A DNA stretch of 61,735 nt, the filler included. It is 4 parts of 4 records of this genome, joined end to end, with 100 filler letters (N's around TTAATTAATTAA, not from the genome) between each part and the next. Parts side by side here need not be neighbours in the genome. Positions count along the whole stretch, not along the records: positions 1 to 23,992 come from SRR22947725_1921; 3 more parts are not named here. The stretch is one strand, 5' to 3'. Below, in pieces: positions 1 through 12,859 of this stretch (position 1 is the first letter of the stretch; each line of letters opens with the position of its first letter). The position numbers and the translations under genes were made by a program. Below the pieces are notes generated by a model. The model saw only the letters and a program-made list of their open reading frames with translations, was not told the origin of the DNA and searched no databases.

Positions 1-471
1 ATATGCTATCTTTAAATCGTCAATATTTTTTTGCCTTGCTTCCCACACCGTAAACATGTCAGTCAATATTTGGCAAGGATGATTATAGTCTGTTAATCCA
101 TTAATGACAGGAACATTAGCGTGCTTTTCAAAATCTAGCATATCATTATGACTATACACTCTAGCCATAATTAAATCGTTATATCTACTAAATAATTGAG
201 CTAAGTCTGAAGCGCTCTCCCTTTTACCTAATCCAATATCTTGTGGAGCTAGATAGATTGCATGACCACCCATCCATGAAAATCCTGTTTCAAATGATAC
301 GCGAGTCCTAGCAGATGGTTTTGCAAAAATCATTGCCATAGAGTGATTTCTAAATGGCTTGAAATCTTCCTTTGTTCTATACTTATGTTTTAATTCAGCA
401 GTTAACTCAAATAAATCTATTAATTCATTTTGAGAAAAATCATCGACTTTGATGCAGTGTCTAGGGTTCAT
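1..471 (-). CDS. argF: ornithine carbamoyltransferase, N-terminal part (runs off window start; not in ORF track)
   Basis: Manual translation from ATG 471 (ATGA overlap with the rpoN stop): MNPRHCIKVDDFS...MIFAKPSARTRVSFETG...IMARV...PVINGLTDYNHPCQILTD. Contains the SxRT carbamoyl-phosphate motif and HPCQ. Confidence 0.85.
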   Translation of the reverse strand, partial: MNPRHCIKVDDFSQNELIDLFELTAELKHKYRTKEDFKPFRNHSMAMIFAKPSARTRVSFETGFSWMGGHAIYLAPQDIGLGKRESASDLAQLFSRYNDLIMARVYSHNDMLDFEKHANVPVINGLTDYNHPCQILTDMFTVWEARQKNIDDLKIAY

Positions 472-1760
472 TTTAATTTCCTTTTTTTAGTATTTAGTAT
501 ATTCATTGACTCTCTATATTTTGCCACAGTTCTTCTTGCAATTGAAAAGTCTTGGGTATCTAATAATTCTACAATTTCCAAGTCAGATAAAGGTTTATTT
601 TTATCTTCTGACTCAACAATATTTTTAATAGCAGTTTTTAACTCTTCGATTCCTACTACCTTACCAGACTTCTTTGTTATTTTGCTAGTAAAAAAACTTT
701 TTAAACTTAAAGTTCCTAATGGAGTATCAATATATTTATTTTTAATAGTTCTACTTATACTTGAAATATCCATATTAATTTTTTTAGCAATATCTTCTAA
801 TTTTAGAGGATTGGGATGTTGCTGTTCTTCAGATAAATAGTCATGCTGTATATCAATAATTTCACTTACAACCTTTCTTAAGGTATGCGAACGAAATAAA
901 ATTGTATCAAGTAAACTTTGTGCACTATTAACATGTTCATCAATAAATTTCTTTTCTTCTTTTGGAGTATCTTCACTCATGGCAGCATTTAAATATTCAT
1001 TAGATATTTTAAACCTACTCAGATTTCGATCATTTATTAGAATAATCCATTTATCATCTTTCATCCTTAGAATGACGTCAGGATTCACTTGATTGCTAGT
1101 TTCATAAAGATCTATTATCGGTGCAAATTTTTTTGCAGAAATAATTTTTAATGCATTATCAAAATCAGTATCTGAACAGGATAATGAAGATTTGATAACT
1201 AAAAATTCTTGATTAAGAAATTGTTCGAAATGATTTTGAATTATATCTAATGCTAAATCTTCTTTTTCTGAGAGCTGCATTATGAGATATTCTTGTAAAG
1301 TTGTACATCCTACACCTTCTGGATTAAGCTTTTTAACAAAATTTAAAGCACGCTCAACCTCTTCAATGCTAGAATTTGTACTATCTGCAATTAAGTCTAA
1401 TTCAGAATCTAAAAAACCACTATTATCTACATTTAATATAATTTCTTTAGCAATTTTTTTTGATATTGCGTCAATTTCAGATTGATCAACTTGATTGATG
1501 AGTTTATCAATAACATTTTTATCTTCAGGAAGATTTGATAAAAATAGATCATAGCTTTCTTGACGGTCAAGTCCGTATCCTTCATAATCTTTTGCTTTAG
1601 AATCCTCTATATTCTTTTCAACTAAGACAGGATTTTTTTGAATTTCATTTTCTAATTCTTTCTCGATATCATCTAAGCTGAGCTCTAAATATTTCGACTG
1701 AAGTATTTGTTTTGGTATTATAGACTGCTTTTGTCTAATCTTAGTAGAAAGCTTGCTCAT
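468..1760 (-). CDS. rpoN: RNA polymerase sigma-54 factor
   Basis: Region I (Q/L-rich, ...ENEIQKNPVL), HTH region SSISRTIKNKYIDTPLG, RpoN box ARRTVAKYRE; lies downstream of lptB. Confidence 0.95.
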   Translation of the reverse strand: MSKLSTKIRQKQSIIPKQILQSKYLELSLDDIEKELENEIQKNPVLVEKNIEDSKAKDYEGYGLDRQESYDLFLSNLPEDKNVIDKLINQVDQSEIDAISKKIAKEIILNVDNSGFLDSELDLIADSTNSSIEEVERALNFVKKLNPEGVGCTTLQEYLIMQLSEKEDLALDIIQNHFEQFLNQEFLVIKSSLSCSDTDFDNALKIISAKKFAPIIDLYETSNQVNPDVILRMKDDKWIILINDRNLSRFKISNEYLNAAMSEDTPKEEKKFIDEHVNSAQSLLDTILFRSHTLRKVVSEIIDIQHDYLSEEQQHPNPLKLEDIAKKINMDISSISRTIKNKYIDTPLGTLSLKSFFTSKITKKSGKVVGIEELKTAIKNIVESEDKNKPLSDLEIVELLDTQDFSIARRTVAKYRESMNILNTKKRKLK

Positions 1761-2488
1761 TAATCTAATCTAAACTTTTTTCCTAAGTAAATTCTTCTAA
1801 CTTCTTCATCATTTGCAAGCGTTTCTGCATTCCCAGATTTTAAAATTTCTCCACTATATAAAAGATAAGATCTATCTGTAATAGACAAAGTTTCTCTTAC
1901 ATTATGATCTGTAATTAATACTCCTATATTTTTTTTCTTCAACGACATAATCATTTGCTGGATATCTTCCACTGCAATTGGATCTACTCCTGCAAATGGC
2001 TCATCTAAGAGAACAAAATCTGGATTTAAAGCTAAAGTTCGACATATCTCAACACGCCTTCTTTCTCCACCAGACAAGCTAGATCCCAAACTATTTCTTA
2101 GGTGATGAATATTAAATTGATCTAAAAGTTCATCGATTAGATTATTTTGGTCGATGTCTTTTGGTAGCACTGTCTCCAGCACAATTTTTAAGTTGTTCTC
2201 TACGGTTAATTTTCCAAAAATGGATGGTTCTTGAGCTAAGTATCCAATTCCCATTCTTGCACGCTTATACATGGGAAGGTTTGTTATGTCAATATCGTCT
2301 AATAGTATGGTTCCAGATGAAGGTCTAATCATTCCTGTAATCATATAGAAAGTGGTAGTCTTTCCTGCGCCATTAGGCCCTAGTAATCCAACAATTTCAC
2401 CCTTCTCTAAATTAATATCAATATTGTTTACAACATTCTTCTGAGAATAATTCTTTTTTAAATTTTTTGCACTTAATGTTTTACTCAT
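1760..2488 (-). CDS. lptB: LPS export ABC transporter ATPase
   Basis: GLLGPNGAGKTTTFYM, LSGGERRRVEI, LLDEPFAGVDPIAV, LITDHNVRETL. Confidence 0.96.
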   Translation of the reverse strand: MSKTLSAKNLKKNYSQKNVVNNIDINLEKGEIVGLLGPNGAGKTTTFYMITGMIRPSSGTILLDDIDITNLPMYKRARMGIGYLAQEPSIFGKLTVENNLKIVLETVLPKDIDQNNLIDELLDQFNIHHLRNSLGSSLSGGERRRVEICRTLALNPDFVLLDEPFAGVDPIAVEDIQQMIMSLKKKNIGVLITDHNVRETLSITDRSYLLYSGEILKSGNAETLANDEEVRRIYLGKKFRLD

Positions 2489-2993
2489 CGTTAATAGAGC
2501 CTCTTGGTTTTGTAATTTTCCAATTTGTTAAATCAATATTAGACTCAAATCCAGTACCATATAATGTATCGAGATTGCCAGATATAAAGGTGAGACTAGC
2601 ATTTGTAAAAATCTTATCTGCTTTGTTATCCCAAAGCAATGAGTCTGTCCATAGTTGTTGTCCATTATCAGCTGCGACTATTACATCTCCAAATGCATTA
2701 ATTTTATTTTCTGTTTCACTTACAAACGCATAATTAGAAGTAATAAGAGATGAGTGCTGATAATTATCATCATATAAATCCACATTAACATTATCTGTTA
2801 ATTTCAATTCTAAGCTATTATCATTTCTTTCCAAAAGTTTTGATTTAATAAGTGCTTTAATATTTCCTTTTTCAGTTAAGGTAATTTCTACATCAACAGA
2901 TAGTTGATCATGTACGTCATTTAGAGTTGCTTCGGCTTCATAAGATCTAGAGCAACTAGTCAAAATAAAGAAGAGTAGTAAATAATAATTCAT
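2481..2993 (-). CDS. lptC: LPS export periplasmic protein LptC (possible lipoprotein)
   Basis: Beta-jellyroll-like sequence with C-terminal L-x-TDSLLWD...KIFT...LYGTGFES typical of FCB-group LptC; lies between kdsC and lptB; N-terminal LTSC lipobox-like motif. Confidence 0.75.
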   Translation of the reverse strand: MNYYLLLFFILTSCSRSYEAEATLNDVHDQLSVDVEITLTEKGNIKALIKSKLLERNDNSLELKLTDNVNVDLYDDNYQHSSLITSNYAFVSETENKINAFGDVIVAADNGQQLWTDSLLWDNKADKIFTNASLTFISGNLDTLYGTGFESNIDLTNWKITKPRGSINDE

Positions 2994-3520
2994 CGCAATT
3001 CAGAAAGTAGCTGATCTAGTAATTGTTTAAAATCTCCCCTTGATGCAATAATAAGATCAATCACTTCTCTCACCGCTCCTTTTCCGCCCGTATTTTTTGT
3101 TATAAAATGCGCATAGCTTGAAACATATTCAGGGGCATTAGGAACAGAAACAGCAAAACCAACTTTTTCTAAAATAGGGATATCAATAATATCATCACCC
3201 ATAAAGCAAATTTCATCATCTTGTAGATTATATTTCTTCTTTAATTCATTATAAGAATCAATCTTTCTGATTACTCCATTATATAAATCATCAATCTGTA
3301 ATTCTTCTGCTCTTGATTCTGTGGTAGCTGATTCTCTACCAGTAATCCATGCTGTTTTAATTCCTAGGTCTAAAAGTCTAAGCATTACAAATCCAACTCC
3401 ATCTAAAACATTGAAGCTTTTAGATTCTTCGCCTGCAGTATCTTTGATAAATTGTCCATCTGTTAGAATGCCGTCAACATCACAAATAAATAGTTTAATA
3501 TTTTTCAAATTTTTGTTCAT
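2990..3520 (-). CDS. kdsC: KDO 8-phosphate phosphatase (HAD family)
   Basis: DVDGILTDG, ITGRES, MGDDIIDIP, GGKGAVREVID. Confidence 0.92.
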   Translation of the reverse strand: MNKNLKNIKLFICDVDGILTDGQFIKDTAGEESKSFNVLDGVGFVMLRLLDLGIKTAWITGRESATTESRAEELQIDDLYNGVIRKIDSYNELKKKYNLQDDEICFMGDDIIDIPILEKVGFAVSVPNAPEYVSSYAHFITKNTGGKGAVREVIDLIIASRGDFKQLLDQLLSELR

Positions 3521-3521
3521 T

Positions 3522-6633
<3,112 letters not shown>

Positions 6634-6637
<4 letters not shown>

Positions 6638-6945
6638 TGACTTTCCTTTTTAAGGATTAAGGGTACTTCAATATAGTCATTTGAAGATTCTGGACTATTT
6701 TTAATGACATCATCTTTATCAAGAGATTTTTCAAATTGATCTTCTCTTAATGGACTTTTCATATCATGCACATTTACCAACTCATCTACACCTTCAGTAT
6801 CTATCTCATTTAACAGATCCATATAGTCTAATATATTGTTCATATCTTCTGTATGACTTACTAATTCTTCTTTTGAAAGTGAGAGTCGTGAAAGTGATGC
6901 TATTTTTTCAACTTCTTTTTCTGATACTTTTTGCTTTTTTGACAT
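6634..6945 (-). CDS. gatC: Asp/Glu-tRNA amidotransferase subunit C
   Basis: EVEKIASLSRL...ILDYMDLLNEIDTEGV...LRED...VP pattern; about 100 aa. Confidence 0.88.
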
Positions 6946-6962
6946 AATAAATTACTTAAAAG

Positions 6963-6991
6963 AATTTATAAGATAAGTATCATTGCATCAA
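6963..6991 (-). promoter_or_regulatory. possible sigma70-type promoter for the gatC-kds-lpt-rpoN-argF operon
   Basis: Minus strand TTGATG-N17-TAAATT in the 64-bp intergenic gap. The AT-rich background makes a chance match possible. Confidence 0.3.
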
Positions 6992-7009
6992 GAGAAAGGA
7001 AGTGGCCAA

Positions 7010-8278
7010 TTATTCGTATCGCATGGAATCAATAGGGTTCAGCTTCGATGCTTTGATTGCAGGATATAGGCCGAAAATAATTCCCATTGATGCGCAAATT
7101 TGTAGACTATAAAAAACCCAATCTAAAGGAATGGTTGGCTCTTGCTCTAAAATAATAGCTACAACATTACCAAATGAAACGCCTAAAATAATGCCAACTA
7201 TTCCACCTATAACAGATATTAAGATTGCTTCAATTAAAAATTGTAGAAAAATATCAATTCTCCTCGCACCTAATGCTTTACGAATACCAATTTCTTTAAC
7301 TCGCTCCGTAAGAGATACTAACATAATATTTGCAATACCAATTCCAGCAACTAACAGAGAAATTCCAGCAACCAGGCCAATAAAAATAGATATATATCCT
7401 GTAAATTCTCCAAAAGTATCCATTAATTGATCGCTCGTTGCTATATAAAAATTATTATCCTTTCCTGGTGGAATTTTTCTAATAGCGCGGAAGACTCCAA
7501 TCGCTTCGTCCGTGGCTGCATCTAAAGTTGCCATAGATTCAGACTCGAGAATGAGCTGCAAATCTGTTCTTCTCCAACCTTTACTTCCAAAATATTTTAG
7601 ATAGGTTGAAATTGGGATACCAATCATACTGTCTAAGCTTTGTCCTAACATTTCACCCTTAGGTTGAGTGATACCAATAACTTCAAATGGGATATTATCA
7701 ATTTTAATTTCTTTACCCAACGGATCTGAAAATGGGAAAAGTTCATCTTTTATGTCTGAACCTATGATAGCAACCCTACTTGAGTTGTTCATATCAGCTT
7801 CTAACAGATTTCTTCCTCCAAATTCTAGATCATATTTATTGAGAGAAAGCATATCTCCATCTGACCCCCAAAAACTGGTTAGCCTGTTTTTAAGTTCATT
7901 TTTTCCAACGCTAATAGTTCGATCACTAGGCTCTTCTGAAACTGCGGCTGCCATACTAGTTGTAAGCTCTAAACTGCGTTTAAGCTGTTCATATTCTGAC
8001 CATGTAATAGGAGGTTTATTTCGAGAGCGTGAACCTCCCATTCCAAAACTAATTTCTGTTGGATTATCTTTTGTGATATAAAATAGATTAGTTTTCATAT
8101 CACTAACTACTGCATTTGCACTATTCTCAAATGTTGTTAGTACCGTCATGATTGCGATAATAGATGATACTCCTACTGTAATCCCTAATAAAGTAAGGGC
8201 TGTACGAAGCTTGGTTTGCCCAAAATAAAATAAAACTCCTCCAATAGCATCGCGAAGATAATTTAAAACTCTATTCAT
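7010..8278 (-). CDS. MacB/YknZ-like ABC permease
   Basis: RTALTLLGITVGV, large periplasmic domain, GIGIANIMLVSLTERVKEIGIRKALGA, GLYPAIKASKLNPIDSMRYE. Confidence 0.92.
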   Translation of the reverse strand: MNRVLNYLRDAIGGVLFYFGQTKLRTALTLLGITVGVSSIIAIMTVLTTFENSANAVVSDMKTNLFYITKDNPTEISFGMGGSRSRNKPPITWSEYEQLKRSLELTTSMAAAVSEEPSDRTISVGKNELKNRLTSFWGSDGDMLSLNKYDLEFGGRNLLEADMNNSSRVAIIGSDIKDELFPFSDPLGKEIKIDNIPFEVIGITQPKGEMLGQSLDSMIGIPISTYLKYFGSKGWRRTDLQLILESESMATLDAATDEAIGVFRAIRKIPPGKDNNFYIATSDQLMDTFGEFTGYISIFIGLVAGISLLVAGIGIANIMLVSLTERVKEIGIRKALGARRIDIFLQFLIEAILISVIGGIVGIILGVSFGNVVAIILEQEPTIPLDWVFYSLQICASMGIIFGLYPAIKASKLNPIDSMRYE

Positions 8279-9485
8279 GTCTTAATGCATCTATTGGATT
8301 TAACTTTGCTGCAGTCCTAGCTGGAATCATACCAGCGGTTACGCCAATAAATACACAAACCATAAAAGTATAAAATATTAATACTAAATCAAACTCGACT
8401 GGTAATGTATTTGCAAGAGCAAGAGTGATAAGTTTAACTAATAAGATTCCTGTAGAACCTCCAATAATAGATATAGCTACAGCTTCACTTAAAAACTGAA
8501 CTAAAATATTATTATTTGTTGCTCCCATTGCTTTTCGTAAGCCAATTTCTTTGGTGCGTTCTCGAACTGAAACAAACATTACATTCATAATACCAATTGC
8601 CGATACTACTAAAGAAATACCTGTCACTAAAAAGCCCATACCAGCTATAATAATTTTTAAAGAATCAAATTGTTCTTGATATGCATCGGCAGAATTCACT
8701 GAAAAATTATCATCTTGACCAGGTTTTATTTTTCTAGCAACTCTCATAATCATTGCTACTTCCTCTTTTGCTTTAGCCATATCTTCCGGGTTTGTTTGTA
8801 AAACAAGTTCGTCGAAACCCCATCTAGTCAAAATTCTTTTAAAGGTAGTCGAAGGCATAATGACAAGATTATCAAGCGTTCCACCAGGAACCATTCCCAT
8901 ACCTTGTTTTTTCAATTCTCCAATTATTTCAAAGGTAACATTGTTTAATCTTATTTTTTTACCTATTGGATCTTCTCCATCAAAAAAACCATCTCTAACT
9001 GTACCCCCTACAATAATAACTCTTCGCTGCAAATCCCATTCGTTTTGTGAAAAAAATCTTCCATTTACAACCTTAGTTCCGCTCAACATGTCCTGATATT
9101 CAGGATATACTCCATTTAGCTGAAGCCAAGAAGACTTATTACCAAATGAGGCTCTAGTCCAAGTATTTTTTTTGATACTAGCAGCAGTTATATATTCACT
9201 ATATTGAGAAATAAAATCTAAAGAATTTTCTTTCACTTTAGGTCTATTACGATATTTCCACCAATCAAAGTCAAAAGACCAAGGCCATGTGCCTACATAT
9301 ACTTTATCATTGCCATAATATTCCATAGATTTATCAAATTCTCTATCGATACTAGATACTCCCGCTGTTACAATACTTACAGTAAAAATACCAATTGTTA
9401 ATCCAAGAGAGGTTAAGATTACTCTTGTAAGATTTGCGCGAATAGCAGCCATACCAATTAAAATATTTTTAAAAATATTATTCAT
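8271..9485 (-). CDS. MacB/YknZ-like ABC permease (second paralog)
   Basis: [42 protein letters not shown]. Start moved to ATG 9485, which overlaps the ATPase 3' end. Confidence 0.92.
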   Translation of the reverse strand: MNNIFKNILIGMAAIRANLTRVILTSLGLTIGIFTVSIVTAGVSSIDREFDKSMEYYGNDKVYVGTWPWSFDFDWWKYRNRPKVKENSLDFISQYSEYITAASIKKNTWTRASFGNKSSWLQLNGVYPEYQDMLSGTKVVNGRFFSQNEWDLQRRVIIVGGTVRDGFFDGEDPIGKKIRLNNVTFEIIGELKKQGMGMVPGGTLDNLVIMPSTTFKRILTRWGFDELVLQTNPEDMAKAKEEVAMIMRVARKIKPGQDDNFSVNSADAYQEQFDSLKIIIAGMGFLVTGISLVVSAIGIMNVMFVSVRERTKEIGLRKAMGATNNNILVQFLSEAVAISIIGGSTGILLVKLITLALANTLPVEFDLVLIFYTFMVCVFIGVTAGMIPARTAAKLNPIDALRHE

Positions 9486-10167
9486 CAGATGCAATCTTAC
9501 CATCAAATATTTTTACTCTTCTTTTTGCTCTTTTAGCAACTGACTCTTCATGGGTAACAATAATCAATGTATTTCCAGCTTTATGCAGCTCATCAAAAAA
9601 CTTTAAAATTTCAGTCCCACTCTTAGAATCTAAATTTCCTGTAGGTTCGTCCGCAAGAATAATAGAAGGTTTATTTACTAGCGCTCTTGCAATTGCCACT
9701 CTTTGTCTTTGACCTCCAGAAAGCTCATTAGGCTTATGTGTCATTCTATCTGATAGACCCACTATATTTAATGCTTCTTTAGATCTTTCTAATCGTTTTG
9801 TTTTTCCAAGAGAAGAATAAATAAGTGGAACCTCCACATTTTGTAATGAAGTTAGTTTTGGCAAAAGATTGAATGTTTGGAAAACAAATCCAATCTTTTC
9901 ATTTCTGATATTAGCTAATTGACTATCATTCATTTTAGAGATGAGTTCATTATTAAATTTATAAACCCCTAAAGATGGAACATCTAAACAACCAATGATA
10001 TTCATTAAAGTTGATTTCCCAGAACCAGATGGACCTGTGATTGAAATAAAATCATTTTCATATATACTTAATGAGACATCATCTAATGCCTTTACAACTG
10101 TATCTCCTAGGTTATAAATTTTAGAAATATTTTGTATTGATATTACTTCTTTTTTTGGTTTAGCCAC
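9478..10167 (-). CDS. MacB/LolD-family ABC ATP-binding protein
   Basis: [54 protein letters not shown]. Confidence 0.95.
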   Translation of the reverse strand: MAKPKKEVISIQNISKIYNLGDTVVKALDDVSLSIYENDFISITGPSGSGKSTLMNIIGCLDVPSLGVYKFNNELISKMNDSQLANIRNEKIGFVFQTFNLLPKLTSLQNVEVPLIYSSLGKTKRLERSKEALNIVGLSDRMTHKPNELSGGQRQRVAIARALVNKPSIILADEPTGNLDSKSGTEILKFFDELHKAGNTLIIVTHEESVAKRAKRRVKIFDGKIASDE

Positions 10168-11437
10168 GCTTACGGCCTGGCCTAGAATTATTATCAGATT
10201 TTTCTCTCATTTTTACAGGCGCTCCATCATATAGCTCTCTACTAATAGCTACAAATCCTCCTGTAACAATTGCTTCGCCTTCTTCAAGCCCAGATATTAC
10301 TTCATAATCTCTTTCTGCAACTATTCCAGTTTCCACTACGCGTTGCTCGGCTTTACCGTCTTTAATAACAAAAACAACAGTTTCGCTATTTTTTTCACCA
10401 CCGCTTTTTTTAGAGTAATTGCTCCAGTCGCTTGATCCGCTTGATGTAGAAACTGACATGGATGGTTTAGATTTATTTTTTGAAATATTTGGATTTTTTC
10501 TAGGTGTTGTTAGGGATTGAATTGGAATTGCAAGCACTTGACTTCTTTCTTCTGTAATAATTTCAACAGTTGAGCTCATTCCAGGTCTCATGCCATCAAC
10601 AACTTCAAGCATTTGAATTTTTACTTCAAAATTAGTGACCTGTTGAGAAGAACCTCCACTTGATGTGGTAGCAGCATATGCAACTTCTTTAACTATTCCC
10701 TTAAACTTTTTATCTTGGTAAGCATCTACTTCTACAAGCGCTGTATCATTTATAGATATATCAGCTATGTCGTTTTCATTAACATTGACATATACTTCCA
10801 TTTTTGAAAGATCTGACAGTTTAAGTAGTACGCTAGGATTAAACATTCCACCCTGAGCTAAATCGCCAACCTCACCATCTATAAAAGTAATTGTACCATC
10901 TTGTGGAGCAATTAATCTTAATTTAGAAAGAGCATCTTCGTCTTGAATATATCTTGCTTCTGCACTATTAAAAGAACTTAATGCTGATGCATACGAAGAA
11001 TTAGAATTTTCCATTTCTTGATCTGATATTAATCCCTTTCTATACAATTCTTCTTGGCGAGATTTTTTAATCTCAGCATTACTGAGATTTACTTTAGTTG
11101 CTTCAACTCCTGCTTTAGATGCTTCTGTAGCAGCTTTTTGTTGTCGATCATCTAGTGACATTAAGAAATCACCTTTTTGTACAAAATCGCCCTCTTTGAC
11201 TGCTATAGCTGTGATGTATGTTGTATTATTAGCACTTAATTTTACTTCTGTTTCTGGCTGCAGCACTCCATCAGCTACTACCTTGCTAGATAAATCTTTT
11301 CTGACAAGCTCCATAGTTGAAACCTCAATTGTTCCATCTTCTGAGCTACCAAAAAATGTGCTAGCTATTACTAAAACAATGACTCCAGCAAATGCTTTAA
11401 ATTTGTTTTTCTTTAATATTTCTAAAAAATTCTTCAC
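10160..11437 (-). CDS. MacA/YknX-like membrane fusion (periplasmic adaptor) protein
   Basis: N-terminal TM, lipoyl-like [11 protein letters not shown], coiled hairpin, [28 protein letters not shown] start with GGAG SD. Confidence 0.92.
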   Translation of the reverse strand: MKNFLEILKKNKFKAFAGVIVLVIASTFFGSSEDGTIEVSTMELVRKDLSSKVVADGVLQPETEVKLSANNTTYITAIAVKEGDFVQKGDFLMSLDDRQQKAATEASKAGVEATKVNLSNAEIKKSRQEELYRKGLISDQEMENSNSSYASALSSFNSAEARYIQDEDALSKLRLIAPQDGTITFIDGEVGDLAQGGMFNPSVLLKLSDLSKMEVYVNVNENDIADISINDTALVEVDAYQDKKFKGIVKEVAYAATTSSGGSSQQVTNFEVKIQMLEVVDGMRPGMSSTVEIITEERSQVLAIPIQSLTTPRKNPNISKNKSKPSMSVSTSSGSSDWSNYSKKSGGEKNSETVVFVIKDGKAEQRVVETGIVAERDYEVISGLEEGEAIVTGGFVAISRELYDGAPVKMREKSDNNSRPGRKRG

Positions 11438-11446
11438 TATAACTCC

Positions 11447-12718
11447 TTATTCATATTTTTTATCTAATGTTCCAAGTAAATCATCTAGGTTTGCTACTTG
11501 GATTGCTGCATCATATTTTGTTCTCACCAAACTAGAGCTAGCTTGAATTAATGCTAACTGCGCATCTAAAAGTACTAAAATACTTGCTGAACCTAGCTCA
11601 TATCTCTGTTGTGCCAACTTCAAATCTTCTTCTGCAGAAAGTAATACTTCTTCCTGAATAGGAATAATTTCCTGATAATTATTTAATGTATTAATCAATG
11701 CATACAAACTAACTTTAGCAGAATTTTTACCTCCACTTAAACGTGTTTCTGCTTGATCTAATTGTAATTTTGATATTTGAATTGAGTTTCTATTTCTAAA
11801 CCCAGAAAAAATAGGAATACTTACTGTAATATTAGCACTCTTGATATAATTATCATCAAAATATGTTCTCGTAATCTGATCAGCTGATGATGCATTCATA
11901 CCAATACTCATGTTGATACTAGGCAGACTAGAGCTCCAAGCTTTTTTTACATTAATTTGTGCTCCTGAAATTTGATTATCTAATATGCTCAAATCAGGAC
12001 TGTTAGATAGCATTAAACTGTAAGCTTCATCAAATGTTGGTACAGACAATATAAGATCCATTTTTTGTTTAATAATAATTGGTATATCGCTATTGAGGAG
12101 CCCCATGCTGAATCTCAAAGATTTTTCTGAATTCTTTTTACTTAATTCTCTTGATAGAAAACTAGATTTTGCAGTTCCATAACGTACCGAAGCTTTTAAA
12201 AAATCTGTTTTACTAACTGCTCCTAAATTGTATTGATTTTGGACTAAATCTAGCTGTTTCTTTGATAGCTCTAAATCTTTTCCTGCAATATCAAATAATT
12301 CAGAATTCTTTAAGTATTGGTAGTAAAAAGTATGGACATCTAAAATGATACGTGCTTTTGCCTGCCTTCTTTGCTGCTTTGCAGTATTGTAGGTATTATC
12401 ACTTTGCTTAAGAGTATTAATTTTTGTACCAAAATTAAATAAACTTTGAGATAAGCTTAGTCCTCCACTATATCTTTCAGACGCTTCAGAAGAAGTATTT
12501 CCATAAGTTGTCTCACTAAAAGAGTTACTCGCATTGACAGATGGCAACATCAAAGCTCCAGTTGAAGCGCGGTTTAATCTAGCAATAGCCACATCTTGCT
12601 CTGCTCTCTTAAGCGATGGTTTGTTTTCGAGTGCAATACGCACACATTCATCTACAGTTAACGACTGTGCTATAGATGTTGAAATAAAAAATAAAATAGT
12701 TAAAATATATTTGTTCAT
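11447..12718 (-). CDS. TolC-family outer membrane channel
   Basis: Signal peptide, ALENKPSL, two repeats with Y-x-LG-x-x-S (QYNLGAVSKTDFL, RYELGSASILVLLDAQ); AGGAGA SD upstream. Confidence 0.92.
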   Translation of the reverse strand: MNKYILTILFFISTSIAQSLTVDECVRIALENKPSLKRAEQDVAIARLNRASTGALMLPSVNASNSFSETTYGNTSSEASERYSGGLSLSQSLFNFGTKINTLKQSDNTYNTAKQQRRQAKARIILDVHTFYYQYLKNSELFDIAGKDLELSKKQLDLVQNQYNLGAVSKTDFLKASVRYGTAKSSFLSRELSKKNSEKSLRFSMGLLNSDIPIIIKQKMDLILSVPTFDEAYSLMLSNSPDLSILDNQISGAQINVKKAWSSSLPSINMSIGMNASSADQITRTYFDDNYIKSANITVSIPIFSGFRNRNSIQISKLQLDQAETRLSGGKNSAKVSLYALINTLNNYQEIIPIQEEVLLSAEEDLKLAQQRYELGSASILVLLDAQLALIQASSSLVRTKYDAAIQVANLDDLLGTLDKKYE

Positions 12719-12762
12719 AATCTCCTACAATTAATTAACACCCTTGTAATCTTTACAATTAA

Positions 12763-12791
12763 TTAGACCCCAAAGTAGCTAAAAAGTTTCA
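12763..12791 (-). promoter_or_regulatory. putative ECF sigma (sigmaE/sigmaW-like) promoter of the tolC-MFP-ABC operon
   Basis: Minus strand TGAAACTT-N16-TCTAA, ending 45 bp upstream of the tolC ATG. Confidence 0.55.
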
Positions 12792-12859
12792 CAATAAAAA
12801 ATATAATATAGGTCACATATGTATGACTATAATAAAATGAAAAAGTAAAATAATAATTG

